64,000 bases of DNA from Myxococcota bacterium. GTDB taxonomy: Bacteria > Myxococcota_A > UBA9160 > UBA6930. Each line of letters starts with the position of its first letter. Within the stretch, counting starts at the first letter, position 1. Shown one piece after another: positions 46,369 to 58,183 of this stretch. The stretch is taken from the NCBI GenBank assembly GCA_965223415.1, contig OZ245002.1, forward strand, positions 1,184,001-1,248,000, read 5' to 3'. The notes below the pieces were generated by a model. It was not told the DNA's origin. It ran no database searches and saw only the letters and a list, made by a program, of their open reading frames with translations. Both the position numbers and the translations under genes were made by a program.

Positions 46369-49300
46369 ATGGCCGAAGGCCTGAGGACCATCAGAACGCC
46401 TGAGCTTTCGTGGCGCCGCCGCCACGACGTGGGGGAGTTCTGGCACGTCGTCGAACCGGCACGAGAGCGGCCAATCACGAAGAGCGACACCACGCTCGTC
46501 TCGGCCAAGGTCGAACAGCCCCTGCTGACCCTCGATGGCGATGAGGCCTTCGTCGTCACGGACCGGCGAAGGTGCCCGCACCCCAAAGGCGCCCGCGGTG
46601 TCTTGCGCAATGGACCCGAGGGCGAGCTTGAGTGGCTCTCTCACAAGCTCATCCCATCGACTGACCCGCCGCCTGCGCAGTGGAAAGAGCGCCGCGCCCA
46701 GGCGACAAAGTCCTGGGAAGCTGGAATTCGCTATGTCGCCGAAGACCCGGAAGACCCCATATCGAAGGGGTTTCGGCCACCGCAGCTCGGCGCACTCCAT
46801 GGACTTGGTTCGCACTGGAGTTCCACCTTTTCCGCGGCCACGGTTGTCATGCCGACCGGCACTGGAAAGACCGAAGCAGCGCTTGCTCTTCTCATCGCTC
46901 AGGCCCGAGGGACACTTCTCGTGGTGGTCCCCAACCGCGCGCTTCGAGACCAGACTGTTCGAAAGTTTAAGACGCTCGGGCTTCTCCGTGAGCTCGAGGT
47001 GGTCGACCCACACGTGTTGAACCCAGTGGTGGGTGTCCTCACCAAGCGCCCGCGAACTACCGGGGACCTCGACATCTTCGAGGACTCGAACGTGGTCGTC
47101 GCAACGATGGACGCCATCGGCTACGGCACCGCCCTCCCGCTCGCCTCGGAGATTGCGGCCAGAGTGGACATGCTCGTGGTCGATGAGGCGCACCACATTC
47201 CGGCCAAGGGCTGGCAGACGTTTCGAGACGCCTTCGCCGACAAGGTCCGGGTGGTTCAGTTCACGGCGACCCCGTTTCGACGGGACCAGAAGCTCGTCGA
47301 AGGCGAAGTGGCCTACGAGTACACGCTTCGCCAAGCCCAGAAGGCCGGCTACTTCAAGCCTATCCACTTCGACCCGGTGTTCGAAGTCGACTCAGATGAT
47401 GGCGACAAGGCCATCGCGGAGAAAGCGGTCGCGAAGCTCGAGGCGGATATCGCTGGCGGGCTTGACCACCTGCTGATGGCGCGGTGCAAGAGCATCGAGC
47501 GGGCGCGAGGCCTACACGCCCTCTACGAGCGTATCGCCGCCAAGCACTCTCCCATCCTCGTTCACTCGCAAGAGGCCGACTCGGCGAAGCGGATTCAGCA
47601 GCTCTTCTCGCGCGATAGCCGAATCGTGGTTTGCGTAGACATGCTGGGTGAGGGGTTTGACCTCCCGGAGCTAAAGGTTGCCGCCGTCCACGACATGCAC
47701 CAGAGCCTCCCTGTGCTGCTCCAGTTCGCTGGTCGATTCGTTCGGACCGCAGGAGACACCGTTGGCGACGCGACGGTCATCGCGAACATCGCCGATGTCG
47801 AAGTCTCCGACGCACTCGAGCAGCTCTACGGCGACGACGCGGACTGGAACCACCTTCTCTCCGAGCTCAGCTCGCAGGCGGCCAGAGAACACAAAGCACT
47901 CGTGGACTTCCTCAACGAGTCCGAGGCCATCCACGAAGAGAGCGAGGTTCCCCTCCAGTCGCTCTCGAGCAGTTTGCTTCGCCCGAAGCTCAGCGCCGTC
48001 GCCTACCGGGCGACTAGCTTCTACCCCCGGCGCTTCATCGACGCCGTGGCGAAGGGCACGGAGGTGCACTCCGTCTGGCTCCACTCGGACTCGAACACGC
48101 TCTACTTCGTGACGCGAACCGAGCCGGCCGTACCGTGGACGCGCTCCAAGGAGGTGCGCGACCGGCAGTGGGACCTCTTCGTGGTCCACCACGAGCCCGA
48201 GCTTGGGCTTCTCTTCATCAACTCGAGCGACAAGAACTCGCTCCACAAGGAACTCGCCGCCGCCGTCTCAGACGATGAGCCGACGCTCATCAACGGGGAC
48301 GCCGTCTTTAGGTCGCTCTCGAACGTGAAGCGGCTTCGGATTCCGAACCTTGGGGTGAGCCGACACGCTCGGCGAAACCTCCGCCACGCCCAGTACATGG
48401 GTGCAGACGTGAAGCAAGGCCTCGACAACGCACAGCTCGTGGGCGCAACGAAGTCCAACTTGAGCGCCACGGGGTTTGAAGAGGGGCGGCCCGTGAACCT
48501 CGGATGCTCCTACAAGGGGCGCGTGTGGTCGGTGAAGAACGGCGTCATCCCCGAGCTACTCGACTGGTGCGGCCACGTCGGCCGAAAGCTCGTCGATGAG
48601 AGCATCAACACGAACGAAATCATCGACAACGTGATGATTCCCGAGGAGGTCGCGGAGCTTCCGGATGCGGAGGTTCTGAGCCTTGAATGGCCGCTCGAGC
48701 TCCTCAACAAGCCCGAAGAGCGCGTGACCGTCAGAACCGCCGACAACGAGACCCCGCTTGCGTTCACTGAGCTCGTGTTCGATGAGCTCCGCCGGGCTGA
48801 TAGCGTGGTCGCGTTCCACGTCGAAGGTCCCGAGGGAAGGGCTGACCTAGAACTTCGAATCGGAGTCCAGGCGGGGTTTGAGGTGCACCAGGTGGCTGGC
48901 CCTCAAGCCAACATCGCCTTCGGGCGAACCGACAAGCCTCTGGCTGACTACCTCTCGGACTACCCGCCGCTTGTTCGCTTCGTCGACCTGAGTGAGCTCG
49001 ACGGACACCTCCTCGTTCGCCCGAAGGACATCTCCGAGCTCACCTTCCCGGCGGAAAGGTTCGAGGTCTGGGACTGGACGGGCGTAAACGTCAAGACCGA
49101 GTCCATCTGGAAGTACGGAGAGAGACGCGAGAACTCGATTCAGGAGCGGGTCGCCCAACACTTCATCGAGGGCGGCTTCGACATCGTCTTCGACGATGAC
49201 GATGCTGGCGAGGCCGCGGACTTGGTCTGCATGAAGGCAGAGGAAGACCACATTCGGCTCGTGCTCGTCCACTGCAAGTTCACCAAGAGCCCCTCTGGCG

Positions 49301-49632
49301 AGCGTGTGAAGGATGTCGTGGAGGTCTGCTCCCAGGCCGTCCGGTCTGCCCACTGGCTCTGGAAGTTCCGAACGCTCTGCCGGCATCTCTCAAAGCGCGA
49401 GAAAGACAACCTCGCTGGACGCGGAACGAGGTTCCTGAAGGGCGACGCCCAAGAGCTCAACAAGCTGCTCCGGCTGAGCCGCTTCCAGGAGGTCCGCGGC
49501 GAAATCGTCGTCGCGCAGCCCGGCGTCTCCGAAGCGAGTCACACCCCCGACCAGGTCGCCGTGCTCTCCGCTGCTCACTCGTTCCTGTTGGATACGGTGG
49601 GGCGACCGCTCGACGTCATCTGCGGCGCCTAG
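46369..49632 (+). CDS. SF2 (type III Res-like) helicase with C-terminal PD-(D/E)XK-like nuclease
   Basis: MPTGTGKT, VDEAHH, TATP, MLGEGFD, QFAGRFVR; C-terminal DDDAGEAADLV...VHCK. Confidence 0.82.
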   Translation: MAEGLRTIRTPELSWRRRHDVGEFWHVVEPARERPITKSDTTLVSAKVEQPLLTLDGDEAFVVTDRRRCPHPKGARGVLRNGPEGELEWLSHKLIPSTDPPPAQWKERRAQATKSWEAGIRYVAEDPEDPISKGFRPPQLGALHGLGSHWSSTFSAATVVMPTGTGKTEAALALLIAQARGTLLVVVPNRALRDQTVRKFKTLGLLRELEVVDPHVLNPVVGVLTKRPRTTGDLDIFEDSNVVVATMDAIGYGTALPLASEIAARVDMLVVDEAHHIPAKGWQTFRDAFADKVRVVQFTATPFRRDQKLVEGEVAYEYTLRQAQKAGYFKPIHFDPVFEVDSDDGDKAIAEKAVAKLEADIAGGLDHLLMARCKSIERARGLHALYERIAAKHSPILVHSQEADSAKRIQQLFSRDSRIVVCVDMLGEGFDLPELKVAAVHDMHQSLPVLLQFAGRFVRTAGDTVGDATVIANIADVEVSDALEQLYGDDADWNHLLSELSSQAAREHKALVDFLNESEAIHEESEVPLQSLSSSLLRPKLSAVAYRATSFYPRRFIDAVAKGTEVHSVWLHSDSNTLYFVTRTEPAVPWTRSKEVRDRQWDLFVVHHEPELGLLFINSSDKNSLHKELAAAVSDDEPTLINGDAVFRSLSNVKRLRIPNLGVSRHARRNLRHAQYMGADVKQGLDNAQLVGATKSNLSATGFEEGRPVNLGCSYKGRVWSVKNGVIPELLDWCGHVGRKLVDESINTNEIIDNVMIPEEVAELPDAEVLSLEWPLELLNKPEERVTVRTADNETPLAFTELVFDELRRADSVVAFHVEGPEGRADLELRIGVQAGFEVHQVAGPQANIAFGRTDKPLADYLSDYPPLVRFVDLSELDGHLLVRPKDISELTFPAERFEVWDWTGVNVKTESIWKYGERRENSIQERVAQHFIEGGFDIVFDDDDAGEAADLVCMKAEEDHIRLVLVHCKFTKSPSGERVKDVVEVCSQAVRSAHWLWKFRTLCRHLSKREKDNLAGRGTRFLKGDAQELNKLLRLSRFQEVRGEIVVAQPGVSEASHTPDQVAVLSAAHSFLLDTVGRPLDVICGA

Positions 49633-49680
49633 GTCCAGACGAAAAGGTGGGACCTGGCCCGGCAGGGAGGGGTATCGGCA

Positions 49681-50185
49681 GCCTCATCGAGCGACCCAGA
49701 TGGGGACTCGCTCTCGTTCGACTGGTCCGGTCCGTTTGGCTCTGCTCAAGGCGAACAGGTTGATGTCATCTCGCCACTAGGCGAACAAGAGATAGTGCTG
49801 GTGGTCACCGACTCGCACGGAGCAACCGCGTCAGACTCCCTAACAGTCACTGTGGAGGACTCAACTCCGCCGGTTCTGGGTGTGGCGGTATCGCCTGAAA
49901 TCCTATGGCCGCCGAACCACGTACTCGTAGCTGTAGAGCCGACTCTAAACGTAGTGAACTCGTGCGACCCCAACCCCGGGGCTCAGCTGATTCGTGTTGT
50001 CTCGAGTGAAGGCGAGACGACAAACACCGACGACCCAACTTCGACTCCTCTCCCGGTGTAGGACTCACAAGTGATGACGATGTCTACGACACTGCGGGTG
50101 GGCTCTGGCTACGAGCCGAACGTCTGGGAACCGGCGAAGGCCGCACATACTCGATTGAGTTCGCGGCCACCGACAAGTTCGTCGG
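49681..50185 (+). pseudogene. Fragment of PKD/Ig-like repeat surface protein
   Basis: SSDPDGDSLSFDW...LVVTD...LWPPNH, stop at 50059-50061, then LWLRAERLGTGEGRTY in another frame; no start seen. Confidence 0.7.
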
Positions 50186-50543
50186 CGAGTTGTGCACAGA
50201 TTTCGCTCGACGAGTCAGAGGGTGCGAAGTAGACCTCGGAGTCTGCGGATGGTAGCCCGGCTGCCGAAGGAAGTGCGTGCGCTTCGACGCCGCGTGGTCC
50301 GCCTTGAGGCTCTCGAGAACCTGGGCCCCTTCATCGACTGGCGGCGATTGGTAGGGCTCGAGCTCTAGGAAAGGAAGCCATGCTGCAAGATGTGGCTTCC
50401 AGGATGACGCCGCCAAACAGGCTCCGTCAGAGGAACTCTACACGCCGCCTGTCGGGATACCGACGGAACACCGCTTGTGCGACGACGACTGGCCGGCGCC
50501 CGCTGATACCCCGCCAAGTCAAGAGGGGAGGGGGTTAGTTGGG

Positions 50544-52159
50544 CTACCTCGGAAACCGAAAGAACTTCCAAAGGGAAAGCGCTTCGAGCTCCTTAGCTTC
50601 ATCTCCACCAAGGCGCGAGTCTAGTCTACCAACTGCCTCGTCGAGCTCGTTGCCCTGCAGCTCTTGGAAGCCGAGAAGAGCTCCGGTGTGGCTGTTCAGC
50701 TCGACGGCATGCGCTGCAGCGGCCTGGCCAGCGTAGAACCCAGCCTCGCACGCCGCGCGCTTCTCGCGGGGCTGTGATGCAATCACCTCCTCAGCCGCAC
50801 GAAACATCGTCCGTATTCTGACCGCCGGATGACCATGGGTCTGTCGTCCCCCGGGCTCAATGCCATCAAGAGATGAGTAGAGCATCACCATCGCGAATGA
50901 CCAGAGCATCCATAGCGAGTAGTCGTCGTATGGCTCCTGGTCCGGCATCTCATACGTGAGTGTCCGCCGGTCGACCAATCCCCGCGACGGGAATTGCAGT
51001 AGCATGACCGCTGCGTGCCTGTCAGCGAGCGCCTCGGCGGTCAGACTCACCCAAGACGGGTTCTCACCTACCTGCGCAATGCGTGAGCTCCCAAGTTTCG
51101 CCCCGTACTCGAGATGACCATCGAGGATGTGCGAGAGCTCATGCGAGAACATCGCATCGAGCGCGAAGTCAACCATCAGCCGGGCGGCATAGGTTCGCAC
51201 TCTTCCTCTAACTGCCGGAGTGCTGTTCCAGAATGCGCCGAGCAACACGGCTTCAAGGTTGAAGGCGGAGCCCTGTTCCTCTCCTGGCTTCCCGATATCG
51301 GGGAGAACATCGGGAATGCTCATGAGATATGAGAAGGCGTTGGTGAACCTGACTAGGCTCCCAATGCTGAGGCCGATGAAATACTGGCCATACCCCCCGC
51401 GCATTGAGCAGCTATGTCGAGGGAGGTGACCGGTGAGAAGTGGATGCTCACGCCAGGACCGAAGTAGTGTCCGAGCTCTCGCAGCAGACTGTTGAAGCCT
51501 TCGTCCATTCGGCGGACATCTTCGCTGTAGGCGCCGCAATCCTCGGGACGCACTCGTCCCCCAAGGTCCAAGAAGTGGCGATTGAAGACCACCTGGTTGG
51601 CGACCTCGACGTTCCCGGGGTAGCCAATCGGCTGTGGCGCACTCCCCGCCCCGACTGACCGACGGCGCCTCGCGTAGTCATCGTGGCGGAAGTGTGGCAC
51701 TTCCGCGAGCAGGCGGTCGAACTCAGCGGCCCGAACTTCACTCGAAGGCTCCCTGAGACTCCTCAACGTCTGGCGCATATATCCGAGGAACGCATGCGCG
51801 AACTCCGAGTAGGAGTACACAAGAACGCCCTCGCTCTCGAGCGACCTCCGCCTGGCTGTGGTGATTCGAGTGCCGTACACGAACGCGAACGTCTGGAACC
51901 TGGACTTGGCCCGTACATGTTGGATTTTGTGCAGCAGCGAGTTCGATGAGCGCTTTCGCTGCTGACATTCGACCAAGTACTCAGACCGCTCATGTGGAAG
52001 GTCAAGGACGACCGAGAAGTCTGGAACCACGATGTCGCCGCTTTGAAGCTCCAGCCGAGGTTGACGAGCAAACGAGAAATTCGAGGGGAACGCTGCTGCG
52101 AGCGATTCTACGAGCGCCTCGACGCGGGCTTCGAGGGCATAGCCGTCGGCTTGGCTCAT
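50544..52159 (-). pseudogene. PD-(D/E)XK nuclease fused to Lit/U49-like HExxH peptidase, split by a frameshift at a G6 tract
   Basis: 5' ORF has VPDF...LVECQ; 3' ORF has SHELSHILDGH, EALADRHA, HP..R. One extra G at 51393-51398 joins them in frame. Confidence 0.65.
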
Positions 52160-52220
52160 CTCTTCTCCGACACCCACCAGAGCGTGTCTGCACCATACTG
52201 CACGGGACCCCGATTGGTGC

Positions 52221-52784
52221 CTAGCCGTATGTGCTCGGGTCGTCCGATTCTACGCTTGCCTCGCGTTGGGCGTTCTCTTCGTCCTGTGCTCGTTGCGCCG
52301 CGGCTTGACGGTCGCTGTCCCTCGCATAGGCCTCTTGCTGCGCTCGGCGCGCATCGTCTTCCGTCCAAGGACGGAGTGGGGGCGGAGGTCCACCGAATCG
52401 CACGGCAGCTGCGTCCCAGATGATTGCGGCGACGAACGGGAAGAAGATGATGCTGAGATACACCAGCCAGTAGCTAAGTGGCATCTCGGCGCGCATCCTT
52501 GAGAGCATGGCGGGAAGGAAGGTCCACGCCGCTGCGAGCGCCGCACCAACACAGACCGCGACCGCGGCCGGACGTGCTATGCGCGCCGCACCAACTCGAG
52601 CAGCGTCGAGGAGCAAGCGCAGACGGAACAGAATCGGCGTCGGCCCAGGGCCGCCGTCGGTGACCATTCGAAGGCCCCCCAACTGGGATAGCGCGCGATT
52701 GCGTCGGGCTCCCGCAAAGGGCGGGCCCTCCGTCAGGCGCACAATTGCACCCGGTTCAGATTGTACGCCTTGCGGCTCCTTCAT
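52221..52784 (-). CDS. Hypothetical membrane protein
   Basis: Two hydrophobic segments; start uncertain. Confidence 0.4.
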   Translation of the reverse strand: MKEPQGVQSEPGAIVRLTEGPPFAGARRNRALSQLGGLRMVTDGGPGPTPILFRLRLLLDAARVGAARIARPAAVAVCVGAALAAAWTFLPAMLSRMRAEMPLSYWLVYLSIIFFPFVAAIIWDAAAVRFGGPPPPLRPWTEDDARRAQQEAYARDSDRQAAAQRAQDEENAQREASVESDDPSTYG

Positions 52785-52798
52785 AAAAGTGGTTATGA
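52781..52798. other. dif-like recombination site 1
   Basis: TCATAA-AAGTGG-TTATGA, 30 bp upstream of a tyrosine recombinase. Confidence 0.6.
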
Positions 52799-52828
52799 TG
52801 TGTCAATTGCCACCCTCAAGAACGACCT

Positions 52829-53893
52829 GTGAGCGGAGAACTCGTACCCAAAGCCCAAGCCGGAGCCCCTAAGCCGGCCGCCTCGATGAAGGCCCTCCCC
52901 GTCCTGGTCCAGCGAGCGGGTGGTCGAGCCACCAAGCGCTTCATCGAGTTCTTCGCAGCCCAGTACCGGAACCGAAACACCCGCGAGGCCTACGCCCGGG
53001 CAGTGTCGGTTTTCTTCGATTGGTGTGAAGCCAGCGGAACTCAGGACCTAGGCGACATCGAACCGCTCACCGTTGCGGCCTACATCGAGCTCCTCGAGAC
53101 CCAAGGTCTTCCGGCGAGCTTCCTTCTTCCCAGATGGAGCGGGCGCGGAAGGCCTCCGCTTGCAGACACGCCGTACTCGAAGCCCACGGTGAAGCAGCAC
53201 CTGGCAGCGATTCGAAAGTGCTTCGATTGGCTCGTGACGGGTGGGATTCTCTCCATCAACCCCGCTGCTTCTGTCCAAGCACCCAAGTACCGAGTGACCA
53301 AGGGGCTCACACCGGTTCTCTCTGATGAGGAGGCAAGGCAGCTCTTTCGAGCGATTCCGCCTGACACTCCGGCCGGGGTTCGAGACAGAGCGCTAGTCGC
53401 TGTGATGCTACATAGCTTCGCTCGAATCGGTGCCGTCGTCTCAATGAACGTGGAGGACTACTTCTACGAGAACCACAAGCACTGGTTCCGTCTCCACGAG
53501 AAGAACTCAGTCTTTCATGCGGTACCGGCCCACCACACAGCGAGAGAGCTTCTCGAGAAGTACCTCGAGGTCGCTGGAATCGCTGACCAGAAGAAGACAC
53601 CGCTCTTTAGAAGCGTGAGCAGGCGACGCGAGTTCACGGAAAGCGCCCTCACCCGAAACGATGCACTTCGGATGTGTAAGCGCCGAGCCCGAGACGCGGG
53701 GCTCGAGGTTGATATCTGCAATCACAGCTTCAGAGCCACTGGGATTACGAACTTCGTTCAAAACGGTGGCGATGTCGACGAAGCACAGAAGATTGCAGCG
53801 CACGCGGACAAACGAACGACTGCTCTCTACGTGAGGACCCAGGACGAAATCACGCTAGACGAGATAGAACGGATTCGGATACTGAGCGAGTAG
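52829..53893 (+). CDS. Xer-like tyrosine recombinase/resolvase
   Basis: FARIGA, HEK, HSFRATG, AHAD, ALY catalytic motifs; N-terminal RNRNTREAY. Confidence 0.9.
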   Translation: MSGELVPKAQAGAPKPAASMKALPVLVQRAGGRATKRFIEFFAAQYRNRNTREAYARAVSVFFDWCEASGTQDLGDIEPLTVAAYIELLETQGLPASFLLPRWSGRGRPPLADTPYSKPTVKQHLAAIRKCFDWLVTGGILSINPAASVQAPKYRVTKGLTPVLSDEEARQLFRAIPPDTPAGVRDRALVAVMLHSFARIGAVVSMNVEDYFYENHKHWFRLHEKNSVFHAVPAHHTARELLEKYLEVAGIADQKKTPLFRSVSRRREFTESALTRNDALRMCKRRARDAGLEVDICNHSFRATGITNFVQNGGDVDEAQKIAAHADKRTTALYVRTQDEITLDEIERIRILSE

Positions 53894-53919
53894 CCTCCCC
53901 AGTCCGACGAGGAGCCTCG

Positions 53920-54483
53920 ATGGGAACAGTCACAGATGACGAGACAGTACTCGCTACCTCGCTACAGGGCATGCTCACTCCGGAGACTGAGCTAGTCCTC
54001 ATCGACGGGTTCGGCGGCTCAGGAAAGACGACTCTCTCAGAGAGCCTCGCTTCCGCCCTAGGTCTCCCCTTGGTGCATCTAGACAGTTCCTTCACCAAAC
54101 ACCAAGGCTCGTTCCTTCAACACCTGAACATCCAGTCTGTCAAAGCTGATTTGGCCCAGAAGTCGAGGGGCGGTGGGCCCGTTCTAGTAGAGGGCATCTG
54201 TGGTCTCGCAGCGCTCGAACTAGCTGAGAAGGCGCACGACCTCCTCATCCATGTTGCAAAGGAACAAGGAGGCGAGTGGGCGGATGAGGTCCATATTCCG
54301 CGGTCACTCTCAGACGAAGAGCTACTGGATTGCTACGGCCCCGAGATTCCGCCTGGCTCCTTGCCGCCGGGGCCACCTCGGCTCTTTCCAGGAAGCGTGA
54401 GCGTGACCACCGAGGTAGGCATCTACCATTTCGACTACAAGCCTCACAAGAGGTACGACCTGGGCTTTGGTCGAAAGGCGTAG
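53920..54483 (+). CDS. P-loop nucleoside/nucleotide kinase-like protein
   Basis: IDGFGGSGKTT, HLDS, LVEG. Confidence 0.65.
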   Translation: MGTVTDDETVLATSLQGMLTPETELVLIDGFGGSGKTTLSESLASALGLPLVHLDSSFTKHQGSFLQHLNIQSVKADLAQKSRGGGPVLVEGICGLAALELAEKAHDLLIHVAKEQGGEWADEVHIPRSLSDEELLDCYGPEIPPGSLPPGPPRLFPGSVSVTTEVGIYHFDYKPHKRYDLGFGRKA

Positions 54484-54690
54484 ATGGAGCTGTCCTCAGA
54501 CGGGGCGAGAGCCCGCTGGGTGGCGGCAACGAGCTTGGCGACCACTGGCCTTATGTGTCAGATGTTCGCAAGGATTTGGAGGCTTGTGGTCGCCAAGCCG
54601 CGTAGGCCTCACTGAAGCGGTTTATTCCCCACCTAGGTATGAGCCAACACACCCGCAGCGTGGGTGGAGGGAGCGGGCCCGCGCTCTCTT

Positions 54691-54708
54691 TCATAGCCAC
54701 TCTTATGA
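54691..54708. other. dif-like recombination site 2 (inverted relative to site 1)
   Basis: Reverse complement TCATAA-GAGTGG-CTATGA; 16/18 identical to site 1. Confidence 0.55.
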
Positions 54709-54902
54709 GCGGCCAACAAGAAGATGAAATCTGACCCGAGGGGATTGCTCGAGAGGATTCCGGAAAAGACACGCGCAAGCGGAGTTCATGTTGCGCGTGG
54801 GGTCACCCTAGAGCCACCGGTCGCCAAGACACGCCTCAGGCGAGTCGAACTTGGAGAGCTTGAACAACGGTCTGAACCGCCCCGGGTTCATCGGAGACTC
54901 GG

Positions 54903-56131
<1,229 letters not shown>

Positions 56132-56181
56132 GACTCCATTCTCTCAAGAATTGGAGCCTCCGGGAAACCCGGGGCGGTTCA

Positions 56182-57200
56182 GTCTGTGGGTCACCTTCCC
56201 AAGGGATGTAGAGCTTGTCGCGCAGCAGTGGCAGCGCCTCAAGGACCTGGACGCGTTCGTTTTCGTCCCCGAGGAGGAGCGGGAGAATCTTGACCCCCCC
56301 TTCGGATGCTTCGAAGCCCAGTGCTGCCTGGAGTTCTCGTTGCGGCCAAGGCTTCGAAAGGAAGGAGGCCGAAAGCACGACAAGAACAAAGCGAGAGGTC
56401 CGCATGCCCTCATTGACTTGTTTGGTAAGCGAGTCGCCCCAGCGAACGTTCAGGCGGTCATACCAATAGGTGATTCCGGCGTCTTCAAGGGCCGAGCATA
56501 GAGGCTCAAGGACCTGTTCCTTGTCCTCACTTGCGTGGCAAAGGAACACGTCGCTCACGCCATCACGAGCGCCATCCGAAGATGAGCGGTCGCTGTAGGG
56601 AATACCGGTGGTGAGGTCGCTCATGACTTCGGCACTAAGAACCGGCGATTCCCCTTTGCCTTGGCGCTCTCGAATCCAATCGCTAAGTGCAACCGAGGAC
56701 TCCCTGGTTGGGTGAAGACGCGCAGGCAGCAATGACTCCGCTGCTTCAACTAGTTCAAACATCCCACACCTAGAGCACTCGAACGAGTGGCTTCCTCCTT
56801 CCGTCGGCAGGGCGGGGGCAAGGAGTGCCTCGCTGCAGACGGGGCACGAGGCAAACTGCCTCCCCTCATTGGTCAGGTCGAAGAATGCGCCAGCATATTC
56901 CGACCCAAGCAGCCTGGGCAACCACCTACTCGGAGTCCACTGAATGAAGACCAGTCGGTGGTAGCTAAGCGCCTTGATGTCGCGAAGTATTGTGTGGCGC
57001 CAGGGGAGTTCGGGGTGGGAGAGAGATATTTCGTCCTCCTCCTTGTAGGGACGGAGGTCAAGGAAGTCCACGCGCGAGTCCGGTCGACGGATCAAGAACG
57101 GGTGTCTGTCCCCGTGCCGGTCGTGGCGGCGTTTGTCGGCTTCGACAACCGCAGCCAGCAGACGGAACTGCTCCAGGGTGACGGGGAAGGACGCCCTCAT
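56182..57200 (-). pseudogene. TIR-domain protein with Zn ribbon, C-terminus cut by IS3
   Basis: CPVC...CSRC; TIR DVFLCHASEDK, WYD, VLSASF, WPQREL; the last residues lie beyond the IS at 54836-54869. Confidence 0.8.
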
Positions 57201-57392
57201 TTGAGTTGACCGTACCGCTTCTCCACAAGTCAAAGCGAGCGTCGTAGCCCACGCCCGGAGATGCTAGGAATTGACTGAGTGCACGACGTAACTAGTGGAA
57301 ATGGCTGGGTTTCTCATCCTGCATCAGGCAGCGGCGACCAAGAACGATCGCTAATACTTGCGAATTATTAGTGTTCATGCGATACTGGGACC

Positions 57393-57668
57393 ATGGCAGA
57401 ACAAGACCTAGAGACCTGGTCCGTACCGGTGCCAAGCGATTTCGCTGCTGAGCTCAAGAACGCGATGCAAGCCGAGGGCTTCAACTCGAAGGCTGAGTTC
57501 ACGCGCGCAGCGCTTCGCGAGAAACTCGAGCGCTCGGCCAGGCGCCGCCTCGAAACGGCGCTTCTAGAGGGCATCGGAAGCGGCGTCTCAAGCGAGTCAA
57601 CCGAGGACTTCTTTGCGCGGCTTCGGCGAATCGCGCGCGGCGAGGAATCGTCGGACGGAGGGTCGTGA
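57393..57668 (+). CDS. parD: ParD-like (RHH) antitoxin
   Basis: GFNSKAEFTRAALR...LETALLEGIGSG; GTGA overlap with the toxin. Confidence 0.8.
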   Translation: MAEQDLETWSVPVPSDFAAELKNAMQAEGFNSKAEFTRAALREKLERSARRRLETALLEGIGSGVSSESTEDFFARLRRIARGEESSDGGS

Positions 57669-57991
57669 AACGACTCCCTGTCGTCCGAACGAACAGAGCA
57701 GACCGTGATGTGGCGGAGGCCGTCTCGTACCTGGCCGAGCAAGCGAGCCAAGAGGTGGCGCTTCGCTTTGTCGAGGAGCTCGAAGGGACCTTCGCCCTAC
57801 TCTCTTCGGAGCCAGAGGTCGGGAGTATCTACCGCCCAAACAACCCCGAGCTTGGCGGCGTCCGCGCGTGGCGAGTTCACCGCTTCGAGCGCTACCTCAT
57901 CTTCTATCGCGTACTAGACGAGGCGCTCGAAATAGAGCGCGTCCTCCACGGCTCGCGCGACATCTGGTCTCTTCTCGGTCTCGAGGAGTAG
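57665..57991 (+). CDS. parE: ParE/RelE-family toxin
   Basis: ADRDV, PEVG, YLIFYR, IERVLHGSRD. Confidence 0.88.
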   Translation: MKRLPVVRTNRADRDVAEAVSYLAEQASQEVALRFVEELEGTFALLSSEPEVGSIYRPNNPELGGVRAWRVHRFERYLIFYRVLDEALEIERVLHGSRDIWSLLGLEE

Positions 57992-57994
57992 GCG

Positions 57995-58183
57995 ATGCCC
58001 CGATTCTCTCGCGCGAACCACAAGCTCGACCACTGCTTAGCCTGTCGAAAACGGAGGAGCGAGTGCAGGCGCACCTTTCGAGTAGGCGAGGGAATCGTCT
58101 GCCAAGAGTGCGTCGAGCTCCTGCACGGGATGCTCGAAGAAGACAAGGCTCGGGCGCTTACGCTCGACCCGCCTCGGAGCTAG
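57995..58183 (+). CDS. Small ClpX-type C4 zinc-finger protein
   Basis: C-x2-C-x18-C-x2-C followed by VELL; RBS GAGGAG. Confidence 0.65.
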   Translation: MPRFSRANHKLDHCLACRKRRSECRRTFRVGEGIVCQECVELLHGMLEEDKARALTLDPPRS

